From a virus: 64,000 bases of DNA. Below, in pieces: positions 1 to 9,315 of this stretch (the first letter of the stretch is position 1; each line of letters begins with the position of its first letter). The notes under the pieces were generated by a model. That model was not told the origin of the DNA and did not search any database. It saw only the letters and a program-made list of their open reading frames with translations. The position numbers were made by a program, and so were the translations under genes. The stretch lies in IMG/VR virus record IMGVR_UViG_3300005095_000015, positions 31,676 to 95,675 of that record. One strand, given 5' to 3'.

Positions 1-1
1 A

Positions 2-799
2 TTTCTTAGCAGTTCTGCTAGGCTCAGTGCTCCTGGCAAAGTTACTACAGTTGATACCAGCGAGTTAGAACCTTATGTTGATAAGCTTTATTATGTCACG
101 GCTATCAAATCTGACATCTCAAAGTCAGAGTTAGCGAAGAAGATCCTTGAGGAAGCAAAATACTTTTTCATTCCTGGGTCCAAAGAAGGAAAAGGTCAAG
201 TATTTTGTTTTGGTGAAATGGAAGATGTTAAGTATAAGAAGATAAACACAAATCTTGGTATAATTATAGAGAAGTTCCAGAAAGAAAAAGACGGGCTCAA
301 GCTTTCATTCTCCCTTTTGAAAACAAAAGCCACAATCTATAGGATTGACGATATCTACAATCACCTTGCTTTCTGGGCAAACCTAAGAGATGTTTTTAAG
401 TTATGTAGAATAAGCAATTGGAAGGAACTTTACGACCAGAAAGTTGCAGAGTTCCAGAAAGAGATAAAGAAATCCCAAAAGAAAACCAAAAAGAAGAAGA
501 AGGGAGGCAAAGTCCTTTGCTACAAACTAATTCAAATCAAAGGGTTCAGTGATTTGAAAAAAGTTGATTATGATTGGATGGAAGACGAGGGAGTCGATTG
601 GACAGATCTTATAGATTGTTGGGTGGAGGCTCCTAACGAGATGCGTACCATAGATACAAGAAAAGCAAAAGCAGTTAAAGTTACCTACGCTTACTACGAT
701 AACAGGGCAGATGCAATTGGTAAAGTTGAAGTTACTGCGTACAAGAAAGGTTCAAGTTACTACATTCCTGTAGAGACAGTTGATAACATAACTGGGTAG
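2..799 (+). CDS. Hypothetical protein, 5'-truncated (frame is open from position 2; includes the 218..799 ORF)
   Basis: No stop codon in frame from position 2 to TAG at 799; Lys-rich linker; no recognisable family. Confidence 0.7.
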   Translation, partial: FLSSSARLSAPGKVTTVDTSELEPYVDKLYYVTAIKSDISKSELAKKILEEAKYFFIPGSKEGKGQVFCFGEMEDVKYKKINTNLGIIIEKFQKEKDGLKLSFSLLKTKATIYRIDDIYNHLAFWANLRDVFKLCRISNWKELYDQKVAEFQKEIKKSQKKTKKKKKGGKVLCYKLIQIKGFSDLKKVDYDWMEDEGVDWTDLIDCWVEAPNEMRTIDTRKAKAVKVTYAYYDNRADAIGKVEVTAYKKGSSYYIPVETVDNITG

Positions 800-810
800 G
801 ACTGGAGGAA

Positions 811-1089
811 GTGATGAGTAAAGCTAAAGAGCTACTTGAATCGATCAGCCGATTGAAACTAAGTCGTGATTTTGAGCTTGATATTGAGGAGTTGTTGAAA
901 GACTTAGCAGACGACACTGTTGATGAGCTAAAGCATCAAGAGTTACTTGATGATAACTCAGTAGACGAAATGGATCTTGAAAAAGCTTTTGAAGAGGTAA
1001 TAAGAGACAACACTGAAAAAATAACCAAAACTTTACTGAAAGGCGTCATCGAAATTTTATCGTCTGAGTACAAGATCAAGGTGGAGTAA
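811..1089 (+). CDS. Small acidic protein with MSKAKELLE leader, putative internal head protein
   Basis: GGAGG RBS; ATG at 814; shared N-terminal motif; directly upstream of the prohead protease. Confidence 0.75.
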   Translation: MMSKAKELLESISRLKLSRDFELDIEELLKDLADDTVDELKHQELLDDNSVDEMDLEKAFEEVIRDNTEKITKTLLKGVIEILSSEYKIKVE

Positions 1090-1119
1090 AACATTAAGAT
1101 AGAGATAGAGGGTAAAGCA

Positions 1120-2466
1120 ATGGCTGAGCGTTTAATTGACATCTTCCAACCAGAGATCAACTTTACGGTTGAGGAAGCCAGAGGCGAGGTTGACGGTAAG
1201 CACATACTTGCTAAGGTGAAGGGGCAGTTCTTTGTTCCTGAAGGTGTTTCTCGCAATCGTCGTTACTACTCAAAACGCCTCTGGGAGAAGGCAATAGCAA
1301 AGGTAAAGCCTAAACTAGAGAACAGAACCTTGTTTGGTACTATTGGGCATGAGCAGGAACTTACTGACACAGCTTTACTTGAAGGTAAAGTGAGTCACAT
1401 CGTTACCAACCTTTATATTGATGAGAAGGGGAGAGGTATTGGTGAGGCTCTTATCCTTAACACACCAGCTGGACGCATCCTAAACACCTTACTCAGGGCA
1501 GGTTCAAAGCTTTATGTTTCAAGCAGAGCTGAGGGTAAGTATAGTGGAACTAAAAATGGTGTTCCAGCTGTTGATGAGGATGCATACGACTTGAAAGGTT
1601 TTGACTTTGTTATAGATCCTGGCTTTCTTGAGGCTCAGCCCACTTTGGTTGAGTCTTTACAGAAGGATCTAAGTTACTGTTTTCCAAATCTTTGCAGAAC
1701 CAAAGACGAAAAACAATCTGAAGGAGGTAGTGAAATGCCTGACACCGCATTACTCGAAGCTAAGGTTAGGGAGAATTTAAAGCTACAGGAAGACTTGAAC
1801 AAGGCTTTAGAGCAGCTTGAGGAACTCAAGAAGCAAGTTGCAGTGCTTGAGAGCAAGAACAAAGAGCTTGAGAAAGAGGCTGAAGTGAAGAAAGAACTCG
1901 AAGCAAAGGTAAAAGAACTCTCTGACAAGCTTGAAGCTTACGAGAAGCTTGGCTCTGTTGATGAGTTAAGCAAAGCACTTGACGAAGCTAAGAAAGCTTT
2001 AGAAGCTTATAAAGAACTCGGTACTCCAGAGGAGATACAGGAAGCATTAGACAAGGCAAAAGAAGCACTTGAGGCTTACAAGGAACTTGGCTCACCTGAA
2101 GAGCTTGATGAGGCTATAGAGAAGGCAAGGGAGTTGCTTGAGAAGTACAAAGAACTCGGTACTCCAGAGGAGATAGAACAGGTATTTGAAAAGGCCGAGG
2201 TTCTTATCTCTGAGTCTCTTGAAGCAGCTAAGGAGAAGAAGATTGAAGAGCTGGCCAATGAGCTCGGTGTGGCTAAGGAGATGGTTGCTAAAGTGTATGA
2301 CAAGATGAGTGAGGGAGAGATTAGAGAGTTTTTCAAAGAGTTTTCTGAGCATCTCAAGATAAAGGAAAAGTACGAAAAGAAAGACGAAAGCAAAGAGCAC
2401 GAGCCAGCAAAGAAACCTTTATGGGAGAGCAGAGGCGAAAGACTTTTGTCTTATTTCAGCAAGTAA
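1120..2466 (+). CDS. Prohead maturation protease (T4 gp21-like) fused in frame to a coiled-coil scaffold
   Basis: gp21-type motifs NRRYY, GTIGH, VSH, VSSRAEG, FDFVIDPG; C-terminal E/K-rich coiled coil; upstream of the major capsid gene. Confidence 0.9.
   Translation: MAERLIDIFQPEINFTVEEARGEVDGKHILAKVKGQFFVPEGVSRNRRYYSKRLWEKAIAKVKPKLENRTLFGTIGHEQELTDTALLEGKVSHIVTNLYIDEKGRGIGEALILNTPAGRILNTLLRAGSKLYVSSRAEGKYSGTKNGVPAVDEDAYDLKGFDFVIDPGFLEAQPTLVESLQKDLSYCFPNLCRTKDEKQSEGGSEMPDTALLEAKVRENLKLQEDLNKALEQLEELKKQVAVLESKNKELEKEAEVKKELEAKVKELSDKLEAYEKLGSVDELSKALDEAKKALEAYKELGTPEEIQEALDKAKEALEAYKELGSPEELDEAIEKARELLEKYKELGTPEEIEQVFEKAEVLISESLEAAKEKKIEELANELGVAKEMVAKVYDKMSEGEIREFFKEFSEHLKIKEKYEKKDESKEHEPAKKPLWESRGERLLSYFSK
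1735..2466 (+). CDS. Nested in-frame scaffolding protein (internal start)
   Basis: AAGGAGGT at 1721-1728 precedes an in-frame ATG at 1735, at the protease/coiled-coil boundary. Confidence 0.7.
   Translation: MPDTALLEAKVRENLKLQEDLNKALEQLEELKKQVAVLESKNKELEKEAEVKKELEAKVKELSDKLEAYEKLGSVDELSKALDEAKKALEAYKELGTPEEIQEALDKAKEALEAYKELGSPEELDEAIEKARELLEKYKELGTPEEIEQVFEKAEVLISESLEAAKEKKIEELANELGVAKEMVAKVYDKMSEGEIREFFKEFSEHLKIKEKYEKKDESKEHEPAKKPLWESRGERLLSYFSK
1927..2200 (+). repeat. Four tandem ~23-aa (69-bp) repeats in the scaffold (LEAYKELGTPEEI...)
   Basis: Repeat visible in the protein; 27 identical bp at 2011-2037 and 2149-2175 (offset 138 = 2x69). Confidence 0.85.
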
Positions 2467-2481
2467 GAGTGGAGGTAGACG

Positions 2482-2832
2482 ATGAGTAAGGCTAAGAAGT
2501 TACTGGAGTTAATAGAGGGGTTATCTGAGAGTGAGAAAGTGGAATTAACCTTTTGGCGTTTATTGGAAGTAACTACTCCTGACGGTGTGCAGGTTGTCTT
2601 AGCAGTATACCGAGACAAACAAGGTAACAAGTATCTAAGCTGTTGTGGATGGGGTACGGACGAAGGTTACAAGCTAAGAAACGATTATCCTGAAGTCGAA
2701 GTAGTTTATGACGGCAAAGATGCTGACGGTGACGATCTTTACAAAGGAGAGAAAGGTATCTACTTTTCTAAGGTGAAAGATCCAAGGAAAGCAGCTAAGG
2801 AAGCCTTTGGTGGAAAGGCTAAGTATCTTTAG
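2482..2832 (+). CDS. Hypothetical protein with MSKAKKLLELIE leader, putative internal head protein
   Basis: GGAGGT RBS; shared leader; between scaffold and major capsid genes. Confidence 0.75.
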   Translation: MSKAKKLLELIEGLSESEKVELTFWRLLEVTTPDGVQVVLAVYRDKQGNKYLSCCGWGTDEGYKLRNDYPEVEVVYDGKDADGDDLYKGEKGIYFSKVKDPRKAAKEAFGGKAKYL

Positions 2833-2837
2833 TTAGA

Positions 2838-2867
2838 CTGCCTCCCTGCACTTCAGGGACTGAGCAG
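2838..2867 (+). promoter_or_regulatory. Stem-loop in the 5' leader of the major capsid gene
   Basis: TCCCTG/CAGGGA stem extended by CTGC/GCAG; no U-tract, so possibly an mRNA stabiliser or processing site. Confidence 0.4.
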
Positions 2868-2911
2868 AGAACTTCAATCCAAAACTAAGACTTGAGAGGA
2901 GGTTGTTAGCA

Positions 2912-4318
2912 ATGGCTGACATGGTAGAAAGCAGAGTTAAGAAGATGGAACAGGAGGCAGAGATACTCTACGAGCGTTATCGTCCACAGATGGACTTGTT
3001 TGAAAAATCCATTGTAGCTCAACTCAGAGGAGGTTTACAGCCTTACGATGTGTACGCATTAGGAAAGCAACTCGAGGCATTCGATGTTTACAAGCAAATT
3101 TGTGAAGAGGACGGTAATGTTAATCAGCTTGGTAGAATTCCTGACATTGCTTACGATGTCATCACAGTGGCTTACGGAACATCTGTAATACCTGTTATTG
3201 CTTCTGTTCAGCCTGTGGATGACGAGAGAGGAACTGTATACTTCAAGAATGTAAAGGCTGGAACTACGAAGGGTGCAGTAACTGAAGGTGAGACCTTAGC
3301 GTCTCCGACTTCTGGTGCAACTACGCCTTCTGGTTATGCTTCTAACTACATTGAGGGTGAGGTTGTAGGAACTGGAGATACCGCTGGAACCACAACCTTC
3401 AGTGCAACCTTAGCACAGGCACCTGTTAGGTCTCAGACTGTAAAGGTAACTGTTTCTGGAGTTGCTAATGTCTTTGGACAGGATGATGGAAACGGAAACA
3501 TCATAGGTGCAGGTGTAAGTGGTACTATTGATTACACTACTGGTGCAATTACTCTTAACTTCCTCAATGCTCCACCTGCAGGAGCACAGATTCTTGTAAG
3601 CTATCAGACCAACTACGAGCTCGCAGAGGACATTCCTTCCATCTCCACATTCTGGGACAGCACTTCTATAATGGCAAGGGTCTATGCACTCAAAGGTACA
3701 ATTGGAATGCTCCAGAGCTTCGGAATGAGAAAGAGGTTTGGAATTGTTGCTGAGGACGAGCTTGCAAAAGACCTTGTTGCAGAGATCAATGCAGAGGTAG
3801 GAGGAGACCTCATCAGAAAGCTCAATGCAAACGCACCTGGGTCTGTAACCTGGAGCAAAACTCCTCCAGCCGGTGTTTCCTACTATGAGCATAAGCAGAC
3901 CTTTAAGGATGCATTAGCAGATGTTGAGTCTACCTTAGTTGGACAGGCTGGAAGAGGTGTGATTAGTACTCTTATCGCTGGAAGAAATGTGGCTGCAGTA
4001 ATTCAGACTTTACCTGGATTTACTAAACTTACTGATGGTTCCACAATAGGTGCACACATCTTTGGAACGCTTGACGGAATGACAGTGGTAAGAGTAACTG
4101 ATGCATCTGTGCTTGATCCTAATAGAGCAATTGCAATCTATAAGGGAGCTAACCCATTTGAGGCTGCAGGAGTGTATGCTCCTTATATGCCACTTACAGT
4201 AACTACAACCTTACCTGCAGGAAAGAATCCTCTTGGTAACCAGAGAGCTGCTGCTGTTTGGGCTGGTGTTGAGGTGCTCGTACAGAACTTTGTTGTTGCT
4301 CTTGTTATGACTTCTTAA
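2912..4318 (+). CDS. Major capsid protein (T4 gp23-like) with an inserted beta-rich module
   Basis: gp23-like motifs SVQP, LVAEINAE, YKG..FEAAGVYAPYMPL; GAGGAGG RBS before ATG 2912; followed by a strong terminator. Confidence 0.93.
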   Translation: MADMVESRVKKMEQEAEILYERYRPQMDLFEKSIVAQLRGGLQPYDVYALGKQLEAFDVYKQICEEDGNVNQLGRIPDIAYDVITVAYGTSVIPVIASVQPVDDERGTVYFKNVKAGTTKGAVTEGETLASPTSGATTPSGYASNYIEGEVVGTGDTAGTTTFSATLAQAPVRSQTVKVTVSGVANVFGQDDGNGNIIGAGVSGTIDYTTGAITLNFLNAPPAGAQILVSYQTNYELAEDIPSISTFWDSTSIMARVYALKGTIGMLQSFGMRKRFGIVAEDELAKDLVAEINAEVGGDLIRKLNANAPGSVTWSKTPPAGVSYYEHKQTFKDALADVESTLVGQAGRGVISTLIAGRNVAAVIQTLPGFTKLTDGSTIGAHIFGTLDGMTVVRVTDASVLDPNRAIAIYKGANPFEAAGVYAPYMPLTVTTTLPAGKNPLGNQRAAAVWAGVEVLVQNFVVALVMTS

Positions 4319-4328
4319 TTCCTGACTT

Positions 4329-4362
4329 AACCCAGCCTGCCTAAAGTGGCGGGCTGGGTTTT
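4329..4362 (+). terminator. Rho-independent terminator after the major capsid gene
   Basis: AACCCAGCCTGCC-TAAAGT-GGCGGGCTGGGTT stem followed by T run. Confidence 0.85.
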
Positions 4363-4395
4363 ATGTGTTTACTCCAGCTATCTAAGGAGGTTACA

Positions 4396-4773
4396 ATGGC
4401 AAAGGTTAGAATTGTAAACAACACCAAAGGGCCTATCAGGATTAATAAGGTTGGGCGTTCTCCTCTGATTATTAGCCCAGGTGAGATGGTGGTAGATGTT
4501 AGTGTACTAGGACCTTACAATGACGCTCTTCTAGTTTGGCAAAAGGCAGGGGTTATACAGATTTTACCTGTTGAGGAAGAGATTGAGAAGTCAGCAGAAG
4601 TTAAAGTAAAAGAAGTGCCTACAAAGGTTGAAGCTGAAGCAGATGAAAAGGCAGAACAATCTGTAGCTGAAGAGCAAGAAGTAAAAGAAGAAGTTAAACC
4701 TGAAGAGGATAAAGAGGAAAAGAAGGAAAAACCTAAGAAGCGTGTAGTAAAACGCTCTAAGCGTAATAGATAA
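4396..4773 (+). CDS. Hypothetical head-associated protein with acidic linker and basic tail
   Basis: AAGGAGGT RBS before ATG 4396. Confidence 0.7.
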   Translation: MAKVRIVNNTKGPIRINKVGRSPLIISPGEMVVDVSVLGPYNDALLVWQKAGVIQILPVEEEIEKSAEVKVKEVPTKVEAEADEKAEQSVAEEQEVKEEVKPEEDKEEKKEKPKKRVVKRSKRNR

Positions 4774-4787
4774 AAGGGTAAAGCGAA

Positions 4788-5420
4788 ATGATCCCCCTTA
4801 CCGAACTTTGGGAAAGATTATTAGATGAGTCAGGACAGTACTTGTATGAGAACTTACCTGACACTACCTACGATCCAGCTAAGTTTGAACCTTTTGTTAA
4901 ACGGGTTCTGTCAATCTACAGCCAGTACCGTCCTATAGAGAGAACCTTCAATATAAGTGTAACAAACTTAAAGTTCGACTTTACTGATCACACTTACGGC
5001 GTACCTGAGTGGATCTCCAGAGCAGTTTGCGTTAGTTTTCCTTACGCACCGTTGCTTTGGAATATGCAAAAGAGCCCGGTAAGCCAACCACCTGAAATGC
5101 CTTGGACTTACAGAAAACCTATACTTTACACCTCAGCAAATGGAGAGTTTGAGGTCACAGCAGTCTATCACCACAGCATAGAGCAAGATACAGCTGGTAA
5201 CTATTACTTACCAACCATAGACTACAATGATGATTTATTCTTCAAACTCCTACTCGGTAAGTTTTTACAGAAGTTAGGTAGGTCAAGAAAAGCTTTCACC
5301 TTAAACGACTTACCCATAGCTTCAGATGCTGCTGATTTGGTAAGTGATGGTAGAGATTTGGAGCAGGAAGCATTGCAAGAGCTCGGTGAGCTTAGCAAGT
5401 GGTATTTAGCGTGGGGTTAA
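4788..5420 (+). CDS. Putative neck protein / head-tail adaptor (gp13-like)
   Basis: Position after capsid; C-terminal LGRSRKAF...LVSDG..LEQE resembles neck adaptors. Confidence 0.6.
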   Translation: MIPLTELWERLLDESGQYLYENLPDTTYDPAKFEPFVKRVLSIYSQYRPIERTFNISVTNLKFDFTDHTYGVPEWISRAVCVSFPYAPLLWNMQKSPVSQPPEMPWTYRKPILYTSANGEFEVTAVYHHSIEQDTAGNYYLPTIDYNDDLFFKLLLGKFLQKLGRSRKAFTLNDLPIASDAADLVSDGRDLEQEALQELGELSKWYLAWG

Positions 5421-5426
5421 GGTTAA

Positions 5427-6173
5427 ATGCATGCAAAAGAGGTTTTAGCATTGGTAGAAGCAATAAAACCTAAACTTACTCTTTACGATCTGTATAAAAA
5501 TACAGCTGAGTTTCAAAGAAGACAGCCTTCACGGATAGGAAGAGTTCCTCCGCCTCATCAGGAGCTAAGGATACTTGAATGGAGTGTAGTTCCTTTTGTG
5601 GGAACTAAAAGCTTGCTTGTTACAGCATTGGTTGAGCCAGGAACTCCAGGAAGACTTCCCAAAAAAGCAATCATCAAGTTTTACAATGTTGAATTTGCTG
5701 AAAATCCTGCTGAGGTAAGGCACGATCCCGACTGGTATAACTTTGTGAGCTATGTGAAGATTCCTGTTAGAACAGGTGGCTTTGTTACTGAGCCGCAGGA
5801 AGTAGCTTTCAAAAAGATAAATGCTAAGTGGTGTCCAGTACAGGTTAGATGTAACTGTGAAGATTTTTACTTCAGGTTTGGTTGGTACTTGAAAGAGTTT
5901 GGTTCTTTTTATGGTAAAGGACCTAAACCTTACCAGAGGAAAACTACCTGGTGGCCGTCTCAGAACAGATATCACATACCTGCAATGTGCAAGCATCTAT
6001 GGAACCTAGCTAGGGCTTTAGAAAGAGCAGGTGTACTTTATGGGTTACCACCAATTAGACACAATGCGCCACCACCTAATGTAAGCAAGCCTACTACGGG
6101 TGGTAAGGTTGAAATGAGTGCACAAGCGTTTGTTAAGTTTATGCAGAAGATTTTAAGCGGAGATGTTAAGTAA
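5427..6173 (+). CDS. SWIM zinc-finger protein with leader-like N-terminus
   Basis: CNCEDF...CKH SWIM signature; N-terminus MHAKEVLALVEAI. Confidence 0.7.
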   Translation: MHAKEVLALVEAIKPKLTLYDLYKNTAEFQRRQPSRIGRVPPPHQELRILEWSVVPFVGTKSLLVTALVEPGTPGRLPKKAIIKFYNVEFAENPAEVRHDPDWYNFVSYVKIPVRTGGFVTEPQEVAFKKINAKWCPVQVRCNCEDFYFRFGWYLKEFGSFYGKGPKPYQRKTTWWPSQNRYHIPAMCKHLWNLARALERAGVLYGLPPIRHNAPPPNVSKPTTGGKVEMSAQAFVKFMQKILSGDVK

Positions 6174-6577
6174 TGAGTGTTCTAGATGTGCTTGAGAATT
6201 ACTTAGAGATAGTAAGCAATGTTCTTACTAATACTTTTGGCAAGGTTTACGGAGTAGATTTTGAGCTGTATAGAGCTGATCCAGTTGATCCTTATACAGT
6301 ATATGGAGCTGATCCCGATGAAACTTCTTACAACCTTGTTACGACTGCTAAGGGAATACTTGTTCCTGCTTATGGCTTCGTTGATTATTCAAGTGAGGAA
6401 GCTGGTGTACTTGACGAGGCTTATCTCTATGCATCTGAAAACCTACAGCCTGGTGATATTGTGAAAATCCTGCGAAGTGATACAGCGACAAAGCGCTATA
6501 GGGTCTACGCAATGGAAGCTATTGGTATCACATCTCCTGTGATAAAGAGGTATAGGTTGAGACCTTTGGTGGATTAG
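6173..6577 (+). CDS. Putative head-closure/stopper protein
   Basis: Size, synteny, beta-rich with QPGDIV motif. Confidence 0.5.
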   Translation: MSVLDVLENYLEIVSNVLTNTFGKVYGVDFELYRADPVDPYTVYGADPDETSYNLVTTAKGILVPAYGFVDYSSEEAGVLDEAYLYASENLQPGDIVKILRSDTATKRYRVYAMEAIGITSPVIKRYRLRPLVD

Positions 6578-6581
6578 CACT

Positions 6582-7217
6582 ATGGCTGCAACTGTTGCGT
6601 ATGTAATGAAACATTGGGCAGATCTGGTTGCTGAGGTTGAAGGTGTTAAAGTGCTCTATGCTCCTGACCTTAGCCTGCCTGATCCTATAAAGAGTGTTCG
6701 CAGGTTGCAGGTTAAGACTATTGCTGGTGTACCTATGCTCAGCGGCGGTGAACCTTTTATCGTTTTTTCGAGGAGACCTCTTACAACCAGCGATACAGCA
6801 CAACCAAGAATATTCAAGGTGAGTGGTCCTGTTGACACCACAGGAAGTGTTGCTATCTACAAAGCAAAGATGGCAAGCTGTGATTTTCAGTGCCTTTATC
6901 TTAGCAAAGACATTCGCAAAGTTGAAGAGTTTGAGCTTAAGTACATCACTCAGTCAGGCATAACTGAGAAAATGACAATGGAAGTCGATTACGGAGATCC
7001 AATAGGTATTATCAACTACAGCTTGCAATGGAAGGAGATTGACGATTTGCAGATCACAGGTGATGGGTTAGATGTAAAAGCTTTGAGTTTTACCTGTACG
7101 GTAAGCGGTTGGTTTGTATCGGCTCCAGTTGATACAGGTAAGATAATAACTGAAATTGATATATTTTACAAAGACTATGTAACTGAAATTGACATAGACT
7201 ACGACATAGTCACTTAG
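6582..7217 (+). CDS. Putative tail terminator / tail completion protein
   Basis: Synteny upstream of the sheath; C-terminal 'GWF..PV..GKIITEI' resembles gp15-like proteins. Confidence 0.5.
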   Translation: MAATVAYVMKHWADLVAEVEGVKVLYAPDLSLPDPIKSVRRLQVKTIAGVPMLSGGEPFIVFSRRPLTTSDTAQPRIFKVSGPVDTTGSVAIYKAKMASCDFQCLYLSKDIRKVEEFELKYITQSGITEKMTMEVDYGDPIGIINYSLQWKEIDDLQITGDGLDVKALSFTCTVSGWFVSAPVDTGKIITEIDIFYKDYVTEIDIDYDIVT

Positions 7218-7230
7218 AGGAGGAGAGCTG

Positions 7231-7425
7231 ATGGCTAAAAAGAAGGCAAGAAAAGCCAAAGAAGTCAAACCTATAGTTCTCGTTTCAAGAGTAGATTACC
7301 CAATCAGATTATCACTTTCTGATGGAACTGCACTTATGCTCTCTCCAAGAGCAAAGGTAACACTTCCCAAGGGCACTGAACCTGCAGGGGAGTTACCAAG
7401 TGGTGTGATCAAGCTGAATGTGTAA
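7231..7425 (+). CDS. Small hypothetical tail-associated protein
   Basis: GAGGAGG RBS; compact ORF. Confidence 0.65.
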   Translation: MAKKKARKAKEVKPIVLVSRVDYPIRLSLSDGTALMLSPRAKVTLPKGTEPAGELPSGVIKLNV

Positions 7426-7447
7426 AACTTAGGTGGAGGTGAAAGAT

Positions 7448-9214
7448 ATGGGAGCTCCTGCAGTAACACTAAGAGAACAAGACATATCTACCAGGGTACC
7501 AAGTTTCCCTGGTATTTACGGTGGAATTGTTATTCCAGCTAAGAAAGGACCAGTAAACAAGCCAACACTTGTTACTAATGAATCAGACTTGCTTAAGTAT
7601 TTTACTCCTAACGAAAGAATAGAGGTTGGTTACGATCTTAGCTACTACTCTGCTCTAGCTTTCCTTCAGAAGAGTAATAAGCTTTGGGTGGTGAGAGTTG
7701 TTAACGGTGCTAAGTACGGTGGAGCTCAGATTGTAACTAGTACTTCAACTAACAGTAACTATCAAGCTGTCCAAGCTATAAGCGATTTAACCGCTTTCGA
7801 TTTCGGTGCAAATGCAAGCACCTGGTCTCCTGGTACAGCTTACACTGTAGGACAAGAGGTTGTGCCAACTACTGCTAATGGTTATTATTATGTATGTGTC
7901 ACTGCTGGTACTTCTGCCTCTGTTGAACCAACCTGGCCAACCACTTTGGGAGACACTGTAACAGATGGTGGTGTAACTTGGCTTTGTGTCGGAACATTAG
8001 ATAGCTGCTTACTTATAACAGGAGCAAATGAAGGTGCTTGGAATAATGACATAGGTATTACCATTATAACTGATCCTGATGTAGTGAAAGTTGATAACGC
8101 TTTTATAGTACAGGTGTATAGGAAAAACGGAGATGTTGTGGAGCAAGTTGAAGAGTTTCTCTGCTCCAGAACCCCAGGTGCTAAGGATGGTTATGGTAGA
8201 AACATCTATGTAGAAGATGTGACCGAAGGTTCTAATTACATTAGAATTCGGAATAATCCAACTATTGACTCAACTGTCTTACCAAAGGCTCAGGATACAA
8301 TTCTTTATCTTGCTCAGGGGACAGATGGTGATGCAGTAACGAGTGCTCAGATGATAGCTGGTGCTGACTTGCTAGCTAACCCCGATGATGTCCCTCTTAC
8401 TTTGCTTATGGATGGTGGCTGGGCTGTACCAGAGTATCAGCAAAAACTTTACAGTGTAGCTGAGTCGAGGAAAGATTGCGTAGCTATTTTGTCTACTCCT
8501 TATGACGCTGAAGACAGTGCTGATTATCTCAATGAAATTGTAAACTATAGAAAAGTTGACCTGAATGCAAACACAAGCTACGCAGCAATCTTTACTCCGC
8601 ATCTTAAAATCTATGATAAGTACAATGACAGGTACATCTATGTGGCACCTGACGGCTATGCGGCTGCAGCTATCTCTGAAACCGCTTCTAACTATGAGAT
8701 TTGGTTTGCTCCTGCTGGACCAAAGAGAGGTGTGCTCAATGTACTTGATGTGAAGAGAAGATTTGCTCAAGGTGAAATGGATTATCTCTACGATAACGGT
8801 ATCAACCCAATTAGGTTCAAGCCAGGTAAGGGTATAGCGATTTGGGGACAGAAAACCTTGCTCAGTACTCCAAGCGCACTTGACAGATTGAATGTAAGAT
8901 TGCTGTTTATAGTTATTGAGCCTGCTATTAAGGAAGCTCTTGATGGATTTTTGTTTGAGGTGAATGATGAGGCAACAAGGGCTTTGGTAACAGCTATGAT
9001 ACAATCTTATATGGACGGTATTAAGGCAAGAAGAGGAGTATACGATTATTACATTGTTTGTGACAGTACAAACAACACACCTGAAGACATAGACAATCAC
9101 AGACTTAATGTTTGGTTGTTTGTGAAGCCGATCCAGGTTGCTGAGTACATACAGTTCACCACTATTATCACAAGAACAGGAGTTGACTTCAAAATAGCAG
9201 CACAAACACTGTAA
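7448..9214 (+). CDS. Tail sheath protein (gp18-like)
   Basis: PAVTLREQD, KGPVNKPTLV, WFAPAG..RG, INPI...IWGQKT, RLNVRLL; GGAGGT RBS before ATG 7448. Confidence 0.95.
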   Translation: MGAPAVTLREQDISTRVPSFPGIYGGIVIPAKKGPVNKPTLVTNESDLLKYFTPNERIEVGYDLSYYSALAFLQKSNKLWVVRVVNGAKYGGAQIVTSTSTNSNYQAVQAISDLTAFDFGANASTWSPGTAYTVGQEVVPTTANGYYYVCVTAGTSASVEPTWPTTLGDTVTDGGVTWLCVGTLDSCLLITGANEGAWNNDIGITIITDPDVVKVDNAFIVQVYRKNGDVVEQVEEFLCSRTPGAKDGYGRNIYVEDVTEGSNYIRIRNNPTIDSTVLPKAQDTILYLAQGTDGDAVTSAQMIAGADLLANPDDVPLTLLMDGGWAVPEYQQKLYSVAESRKDCVAILSTPYDAEDSADYLNEIVNYRKVDLNANTSYAAIFTPHLKIYDKYNDRYIYVAPDGYAAAAISETASNYEIWFAPAGPKRGVLNVLDVKRRFAQGEMDYLYDNGINPIRFKPGKGIAIWGQKTLLSTPSALDRLNVRLLFIVIEPAIKEALDGFLFEVNDEATRALVTAMIQSYMDGIKARRGVYDYYIVCDSTNNTPEDIDNHRLNVWLFVKPIQVAEYIQFTTIITRTGVDFKIAAQTL

Positions 9215-9215
9215 C

Positions 9216-9289
9216 GCCGGCGTAGCTCAACTTGGCAGAGCAGGGGATTTGTAATCCCTTGGGTGTGGGTTCAACTCCCTCCGCCGGCT
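9216..9289 (+). tRNA. trnT: tRNA-Thr(TGT), no encoded CCA
   Basis: Acceptor stem GCCGGCG/CGCCGGC, D-stem GCTC/GAGC, anticodon stem GGGGA/TCCCT with loop TTTGTAA (TGT at 9250-9252), TTCAA T-loop; one T-stem mismatch. Confidence 0.9.
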
Positions 9290-9315
9290 CTTAATCCAAG
9301 AGGAGGTGTTTAACG

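Noticed and set aside
9216-9289. Prophage boundary (att site) at the tRNA
   Set aside because: Phage structural genes continue on both sides; no integrase or host genes are present
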